Both the position numbers and the translations under genes were made by a program. Under the pieces are notes generated by a model. It made no database searches and was not told where the DNA came from. It was given only the letters and a program-made list of their open reading frames with translations. A stretch of DNA of 50,355 nucleotides, filler included, from Streblomastix strix (taxonomy: Eukaryota), in assembly GCA_008636045.1 (NCBI GenBank). It is 2 parts of 2 records of this genome, joined end to end, with 100 filler letters (N's around TTAATTAATTAA, not from the genome) between each part and the next. Parts side by side here need not be neighbours in the genome. Positions count along the whole stretch, not along the records: positions 25,239 to 50,355 come from SNRW01000210.1; 1 more part is not named here. One strand, 5' to 3'. This document shows, one piece after another, positions 42,901-50,355 of the stretch (the stretch's first letter is position 1; each line of letters opens with the position of its first letter).

Positions 42901-45900
42901 CATTATCTTCTTCTTCTTCTTCCTCATCATAATAACATTACCATTTAATTGACTGTAATAATGTTAATGGGTGAATATGAGGAGATAAATGTAATGTATT
43001 CATATTAAATATAGAAAATGGAGATTATATTCTATTTTAAATGAATTGCGATATATTAAATCAATGATCTAAGGGAATTGAGCAGGATGAAGAAAAATTA
43101 GAAAGAAATGAAAATGAAGATAATTATTGTTTTGTAATATTCACTTTAACATATTCATCAATATTCTCTCTTTATATCTCTTTATTACATAATTATATTT
43201 ATTAATCAATATTTTCCTATAATAATTATATTTTTGTTAATACTAATTATTTAGATTAAATTTTATCTTTATCTTCTTTAGTTAATTGTTATTCTTCTTA
43301 TTGCTATTCGTAAATTTAATTATTTTCCTCTTCCAGTTTAATTTCACTCACATTTACTGATTTATTATTTCCTAAATTAGTTTTCTATATTAATTTACTA
43401 CAATGAAATTCGCCCTGTAATATTTAATGTGGATTAATAAAACAATTGTGTAAATTTAGTAAAAATCTAACAATCTAATCGTTAGCCTCCTATTTCCCAC
43501 CTCTTTTACCTGAAAATAAAGCAATAGACAATAATGATTCTCCATTATAATTAGAATAAAACCAGGGTTAATAATTGTTTGATTGATCAATTGTATTAAT
43601 ATATGAATAAGAAGATGATGATGAAGAGTGAGATAATATTGGTGAAGGAGAAGGAGAATGTGAAAATGAATTATCTTATTATTATTATTAGTTTATATTT
43701 CTTTCTTTTTTTCTTAATTGATTTATATATTATTTGTATTTTTATCTATTCTTTTATTAATACATTTTCTCTTTATTATATCTCTTTTCTCCTACTTTTA
43801 TCATAAAAATCATTTATTTAATTAGCCTACATCCAATGGTCATCTAAATATTTTATTCCTCTTATTCATTTTTTTATTGATTGTTTTATTCATTTTGTTC
43901 CTTATTTGTATTAATAGAAGAATTATTTGTTGTATTTTTATATTTATCTATAACTTTACTCTTTATATTACAACTATTTTCTTTTTCTTCTTCAATTAAT
44001 TCATTATTATTAAAACAATAATCTAAATATTATATTTTAGCTTTTTTATAGATACTCAAAGGAAGTGATGAATGAATTGATGATTATGAGAATGGAGGAA
44101 ATGCTTATGGAAATGCAGTTTAAATATTATTGAAATGAAATATGGAGTTGATATTTTATTAAGTTATATCATTACGTAATTGCCGTTATGAATATAAGTG
44201 TTTTTAGTTATGAATAATCCTTCTAATATTTATTATTTTAGATGAATAAGGAAATGAAATATATAATTAAATAGACTTTTTCTTTTTCTTATTTAAACTT
44301 GTTAATTTTTCGTTATCTTTTAAATTACTTTTATTATTTTCTTTCATATTTATTGTTTTCCTAATAAAATACTCTTCATTTGTCCATTGCACATATATAT
44401 TCATATGATCTCATCTTTCCATCAGTTATTATTTAATATTATATTCACAATCATATAATGTATCGTCATCAAATAAATTTAAAGGAAAGTAATTAAACAA
44501 TAAATTAGTTTCAAAAATCCCTCTTATTAATTAATGTAATACTGTATCTCCTGAAAATAAACACGGAGATTAATAAAATAAAAATGGAGAAAATGAATTG
44601 ATTGATGAATTAACTGATGTGAATTAATTAAATTAATTATGTTTGATAGCAAGTTTCTAATTAGTAACATTAAATTATTTTATGCTTCCTTATAATTAAT
44701 TTTCAGTTTTGTTTTAATGATTTATTTCTTATATTCCTAATTTCTCGTTCCACAATTTAACTCCTTCAATAAATCCAGATCGCGAAGCATAATGAATGGG
44801 CAGCATCCCATTTAGATCATATACAGAAATTAATTATATTCCAATTTATTATTATTCTGATTATTCGACATAATCTAAAGTAATTTAATCTTCATGAGAT
44901 AAATGCAATTTTTATTAAGTATATAATTAAGCATATTTAATTAATATTTTACAAATTCTTATATTTCCCGAATAAAAAGCCATATGAATTGGAGTTGTGA
45001 AAGGGACTGCTACTAATTGATGTTTGAAAACTTTAATAGTATCATTTGAATGTTATGATGTGGATTAACTAATGATTTTGTTGCTTTCTTTAATTGGCAA
45101 TAATTTTTAAATTAATTCTATTTCTTATTTAATTTACTCTTAGCCATTTAATCTTTCAGTAATCGTATATGAAGGATAATGAAATCTTGGCCAAAATACA
45201 ACTTTTTAATCTTTTCGCGTTTGAACACTCGTTAACTCATTTGTTGAATTTATGCAATTTTCTTGTAATTTATTTTCCTAAATCTATTCAATATTCTATG
45301 AAATCAACTTTTCGCCGTTATTTTTATTTTGTTTTATTTACAAACTAATCCATTTACAAAAATAAAATAGTAAAGAATTAGGAGGTTATTAATTGAATCC
45401 TAATGAATGAATGCAATTTTAAATATCTTATATTGAATGACGTGGACAGAAGATTGAAGGAATTATATTATTAAAACTTGGAATTTAATATATTTGATTT
45501 ATTGGTTAAGGTTATTATGGTTTATAATCTATTAATCCAGGAAGAGTTACAGGAGTAATATATGAGAAAATACTGAATATCTTTGAATTTTATAGAACTA
45601 GATCATTTTATTTATATTTGTATTATTTACCTGATTTTTAATAATCAATTAATTATTAATGAATTTTCTTCTTATTCTTAATATATATCGGTTTATTATC
45701 TTCACTAATTTCAATATTAATTAATGTTCCAGGAAATTTCTCTTATTAAGAACAAAGAAATCCTCCAAATATATCAGCTCCAAACTACAATAATAATTGT
45801 GTAGTTTATTCCCATCCACGAATTATTGATAAAAGAAGAGCTGGATACGAAATAAGAGGTTAATTAGTTTCTGTCAATGGAATTGAAGTTGTAATAGAAC

Positions 45901-46600
45901 TCTCATTAATTTCCATTTCTCTATAAAATGCTTCATCTACCAAGTCTACTGCGCTCTAAAGTACAGCTCCATTAATAAATGAAGCAGCACCATTTGGATT
46001 TGCACCAGTTTTGAGACATTTAAATACCAAATGTTAATCTTCTATGCTCCCAAATATTAAGTGAGAAAGAAGTCTGTGTGTTTGATGTTCTCTCTAATCA
46101 TATCTCTTTCTAGCTGAAGGTGATCTAATAGCATCAATGACTGATGCTACAATAGGTTTTTAGGATTATGATGCTTTGATTTTAATATTCTTTTTCGAAG
46201 GAAAGAAGAACAAGTTTCGGTTTTGTATATTATTTTCTTTTCGTATATATGTATTCTATTTTTACTATTTCAATGTATTTAAAAATTACAATTTTTCTTT
46301 GCTACTTTCAATTGGAGTAAATATAAGTGGGAAATTCAGAGGAATAAAAGGTGGAATATAAGAAGTTGATTCTTGAGTATGGAAAAACTTTCTTGTTTTA
46401 CCATTGTGTAGATCTCTAATTTCTCTTGAAGTAATACATCTCTCCATAATATCTACAGGGGACATTCCATATATATCTGTAGCTTGTGAGTCTGCACCGT
46501 GTTGCACGAGGAATTACGCACGTTTGAACTAACAGGAAAGAAGAGCTCGCATCAAAGGCGTTCTTCCGCATATGTCCACGCTGTTAATATCGGCAGCCAT
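27923..46600 (-). CDS. Giant apparently intronless ankyrin-repeat protein with C-terminal PH domain (~6225 aa), mostly Q/S/N/P low complexity; three internal TGA
   Basis: One frame from ATG 46600 to TGA 27923-27925. Ankyrin motifs: GRTPLMRAL, TTPIHMAFYSGN, GMLPIHYASRSG, GYSLLHIAAAQGD..LLLQRGAN, DNYGKTALHY. PH motifs: IKTGFLKW..VWAVLF and FAALSKDELESWISALN. Internal TGA at 44411-44413, 43061-43063 and 36038-36040. An additional upstream exon cannot be excluded. Confidence 0.8.
35750..35800. repeat. Tandem 12-bp repeat (ATTATTAGGATT) within the ankyrin ORF, encoding QSQQ units
   Basis: Read directly; about four copies. Confidence 0.75.
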
Positions 46601-47113
46601 ATCTGAGATCTGTAGCAGAAAGTAAATAAAAATAAATATAAAGAAAATGAATAGGGCTATTAACTAATAATTAAAAAGTTCAAGAGAGAAAATGTATTTT
46701 TGATACAAACAGTTTAGTATTTTGTATAAATTATACAAAATTGTATTAAAGCATATATATATTACAAATTTTAATGAATATTATATTAGATTTATGAATT
46801 GATGGTGTATTAGGAAATTTTAGAAAATATTATTAAACTTTGGTTTCTAAATTCGTCGAAATCTTTTTTTTGATATTAAATGGTGATTACTTTACTAAAA
46901 TACATGGGACAGAACATAGAAATATTCATATCTTAAAGTTGCGGATATATACGTAAATAATAAACTAAAAAAACAAATTTCAATTGAATCTTTGTGTTTT
47001 TGTATTTATGACAACTCATGAGGGAATTCGTTCGCAAAAAAAGAAGAGAGAAGAAATGGATGTGTATGAAAGAAGAGAAGGGAAGTGGCAAAAGAATTAT
47101 GCACTCAGGCAGA

Positions 47114-48946
47114 TCATTCAGAATCGTCAATCTGTCCATTCTTTTGAGCATCAACAAGAACTTGTTGTGCTTCCTGTACTTTATTGACTAGCTCTGCTGG
47201 GTCCTCTAACAGTTTGACAAGATCAACAACTTCGAGCTCCAACAACATCCCTGTGATCTTCCCTGAATTTGTCTCATCGATCTTAGTGATTTGTGTGAAT
47301 AGATATTCTCCTAAGTTCTGTTTCTATTCTTCTTCAGCCATTTGTCCCAACTGTTGCTGGTCAATCATCACAGGAGCCAATCCAGCAGAACGAATGACAC
47401 CTGCAACCTGAGCAGAAACAGCGGCTGGAGTCCCATCTCCAGATACCTAAGAGATAGATGGAGTAGTTTGAGCCTATTATGGAGATAGAGATCCAGATGA
47501 TTGAGTATTCTGATCAAGTGGAGTTGGGAGTATCTATTCACCTTGAGAGTGAATTGGATTCAATTGAGGAATCAGTTACTATTAGAGAGGTTGAGGTTAT
47601 GGACCTTATTGAATAGTGCGTTGTTGTATCAATGGTTCTGGAGCTTCATTGTTACTGTCTTGAGGTGATGATTGAAAAGATGGAATATTGTTTTGTTATT
47701 CAACTGGACCTTAGATGTTCTATTGTGGAAGAGGATTGGGTTATAATGGAGGTATCTAATTGGGTAGATTAAAGAATTGATTGTACAATTGAGGATTAAA
47801 ATTCATAGGATTCATAAAATTCATATTTTGTAAGGCTTGCATCTATAACATCAATTAATTAAGCTCGTTGTTCATATTCATAATATTCTATTATTAGCCT
47901 TAGTTATTGGCATTGAATCCTTATTGATTCATTTAACGTGAACGATTATAGCCTTAAAACGCTTACTAATTTTGTTACTGAGGTTGTTGTCTATTGTGTG
48001 TTTATTATCGAGCTTGCATCCTCCTTCTGTATGTTGTAGTCCTTTCTTCTCTGGTTTAACAGTAGTTGACAATTAATTCATCTGTTGTTCCATCAATAAC
48101 TTTTCCTTTCAACTGTTTCAGAGCCAAGGCTGCTTCTTCATCTTTCTCATATTAACAGAGTCCAAATCCTCTACTAACTCCTTGTTCGTTCCTCATTACT
48201 TTAACTGATGTGATTTAACCATATTCACTGAATAGTGCTTTGAGATCTGTATCAGTATAATCAATTGGAAAGCCACGAACATAAAGATTACGAAAGCGAG
48301 TTTTCTCTCCCAATTGACGCTCGTATTTCTCCCTCTCAAATCTCGAATACGCACTTGATTACTCGGGGTGCTCTTTCATAAATGAATCGTCAAATAGATT
48401 ATCAAAAGCTTATGGCCGATATTATTCAACTGTTATCTGTTATTATTCAACTGTATAATTATTCATCTTCTCAATAGCTTTGTCTGCTTCCTCCTTAGAC
48501 TCGTATTGAATAAAGCCATGCTTTCCTTTGGCAGGACCGTGATGTTCAGAGATCCTGCAGGAGACTATAACACCGTATTCAGAGAAAATATCGTGTAATT
48601 TCTTACTATCAAACGTTGTAGGTAAATTGTCCACAAAAACATTCCCCTCGCCTGTTTTTCGCTTGCTTTAATCCGGTTGATAGCGGCTGAGTCGGTAAGG
48701 TTTATTTTTGCCTGGGATAGTCTAGTAGTTCAACAACTCGAGAGCTTTGTCAACATGCTCCTATCTGCTGAAGTTCACGTATCCATACCCAAGTGACTTT
48801 TACGGGTTGTTATAGTCTCGACAGACTTTGGTTGAAAGCACAGCTTCAGTTGATTCAAGCTTTTCATTGAAATAATGTTGTAGATCATCCTCTACAACAT
48901 CATCATCGAGATCACCAATAAAAAGTGAAAATTACCTGTAGCTCAT
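47114..48946 (-). CDS. PABPC: Cytoplasmic poly(A)-binding protein (three RRMs plus MLLE), intronless, 610 aa
   Basis: RRM1: SLFIGDL..KVCRD..KSLGYGYVNF. RRM2: GEGNVFVDNL..HGFIQY. Third RRM: NLYVRGF..KVMRNEQGVSRGFG. MLLE: LGEYLF..SGKITGMLLEL. TGA at 47114-47116. Confidence 0.95.
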
Positions 48947-50022
48947 GTCTACTGGTAATTATCAACTATTTGAAAAGATAATAAATATATGTAAATATTA
49001 AAAATGTGTTAATAAATAGGGTTTATATCTTAAATTAAAAAAATATAATTACAATAAATAATAAGTTTTAATTGTATATTTGTACGGTTGAGAGAAAAAT
49101 AAATAGGTAATGAATTATATTAATAAAAAGAATTATTTATTCAATTCGAAATTTTATTTATGAATATATAACTTATACATTATGTTGATCAAGAAACGAT
49201 ATTTCTTATTTTGTCATAATTCTTGGTTAGTTTCAATTCTGAAACATATTATAAATATTTATAATGATATATTAGTGTATTTTTTATATTAAAAATAAAC
49301 TTTTTTGGAGAACTAACGAAAAATGGGTGTCGATCAGACCCACATTATAAAACTTAAAATAGTTTTTGTTTGTAGAAAATAAAATAGGAATATTCAAATT
49401 GATAATAAAATTTATAAAATGAATATTATATGTTAATTTTTCACTTGAAGTAAAGAAAATAAGTTTTATTCTTAAAATCGGCATTCAAGTTAATAGTGAA
49501 TATAAAGATTACAAAATTTAGCTTTAATATGAATTATAATCGATAACTATTGTGAACATGGTTACTATTTTGATAATTAGCAGTTTTAAAAATATTTATA
49601 AAATTTGATTTTAGTTTATTTTACTCTTAACTTAAATTAAAAATATTTTTTCTTAAATGATGAATGCAATAATTATTCTTTTTATGATTATTGAATTATT
49701 TATTTTTAATTACTTTTATTTTCAAACTTATTAATGTATAAAATTTTAAATAATAATCATTCACAACAAAAAAATTAAATCATGAAAATCTCATTTATAA
49801 ACAATAATTTTTTAATAATTTTTTAAATATTAATAATAAAATTAATGACAAAATGAAAATATCTAAGAAATATTTCAAACTGTTTTATTCTAAGAATTTT
49901 CATAAAAAGGAATTAAATTCGTATAAATGAATAATAATCATTATTATTAAGCATAAATTATTTCTCGAAATAAATACAAATGGGCTTGTCCGGTCCATAA
50001 TCACGAGATCCATAAATTATTA

Positions 50023-50355
50023 AAAAAATAATATTCTATGCATTAAATTAGTGTGAAATTCACTATTTAAGAAGTCTAGTTACGCCTTAAATAAAAAGTC
50101 GAACTTTTGGCACTATTTTGAAACTTGTAAAAAATTAAATTGATTCAATTATAACTATAATATAAAATTTTTGAATTAATTATAAATTTTAACATAATAA
50201 TAACTTTAAAAAAATTTATTTAGTTATAATTGAATCAATTTAATTTTTTACAAGTTTCAAAATGGGGCCAAAAGTTCGACTTTTTATTTAAGGCGTAACT
50301 AGACTTCTTAAATAGTGAATTTCACACTAATTTAATGCATAGAATATTATTTTTT
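50023..50355. repeat. Long near-perfect inverted repeat (foldback/MITE-like) reaching the window end
   Basis: Arms 50023-50157 and 50221-50355 (135 bp each, two mismatches seen) around a 63-bp AT-rich spacer. Confidence 0.9.

Noticed and set aside
15106..44413. Internal TGAs as selenocysteine
   Set aside because: They fall in low-complexity or non-redox contexts with no CxxU/UxxC motif or selenoprotein family, and I saw no SECIS. A SECIS search was not run.
14292..46361. Many hydrophobic F/I/L/Y-rich ORFs in the supplied track
   Set aside because: Nearly all are antisense or off-frame shadows of Q/N/K/E-rich minus-strand genes, produced by using the standard code.

Overview
AT-rich eukaryotic genomic DNA from a protist with a non-standard genetic code. 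TAA and TAG encode Gln, shown at conserved Gln positions of CCT5 and DPCD, so the supplied standard-code ORF track is mostly fragments or spurious calls. The code, the short GT-AG introns and the DIRS retroelement suggest an oxymonad such as Streblomastix; this is inference. Before the assembly gap (25139-25238) lie a decayed DIRS1-like retrotransposon, a signal-peptide asparaginase-like gene lacking its catalytic motifs, a CCA-adding enzyme, CCT5, a copine/RGLG-type vWA protein, an 8.7-kb Snf7-like/AT-hook ORF, DPCD and ZC3H15/Tma46. After the gap lie a hypothetical SHIPPO-like gene, a CENP-H homologue, an 18.7-kb ankyrin/PH ORF, a 3-RRM poly(A)-binding protein and a long inverted repeat. Main finding: TGA, the only remaining stop codon, occurs in frame at least nine times inside four otherwise intact host genes, yet it also ends every complete gene. 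This suggests context-dependent UGA decoding, meaning a code with no dedicated stop codon. Second finding: an unusually long intron is bracketed by a strand-specific 27-bp RNA stem that would shorten it to normal length. All translations were done by eye and splice models are predictions.
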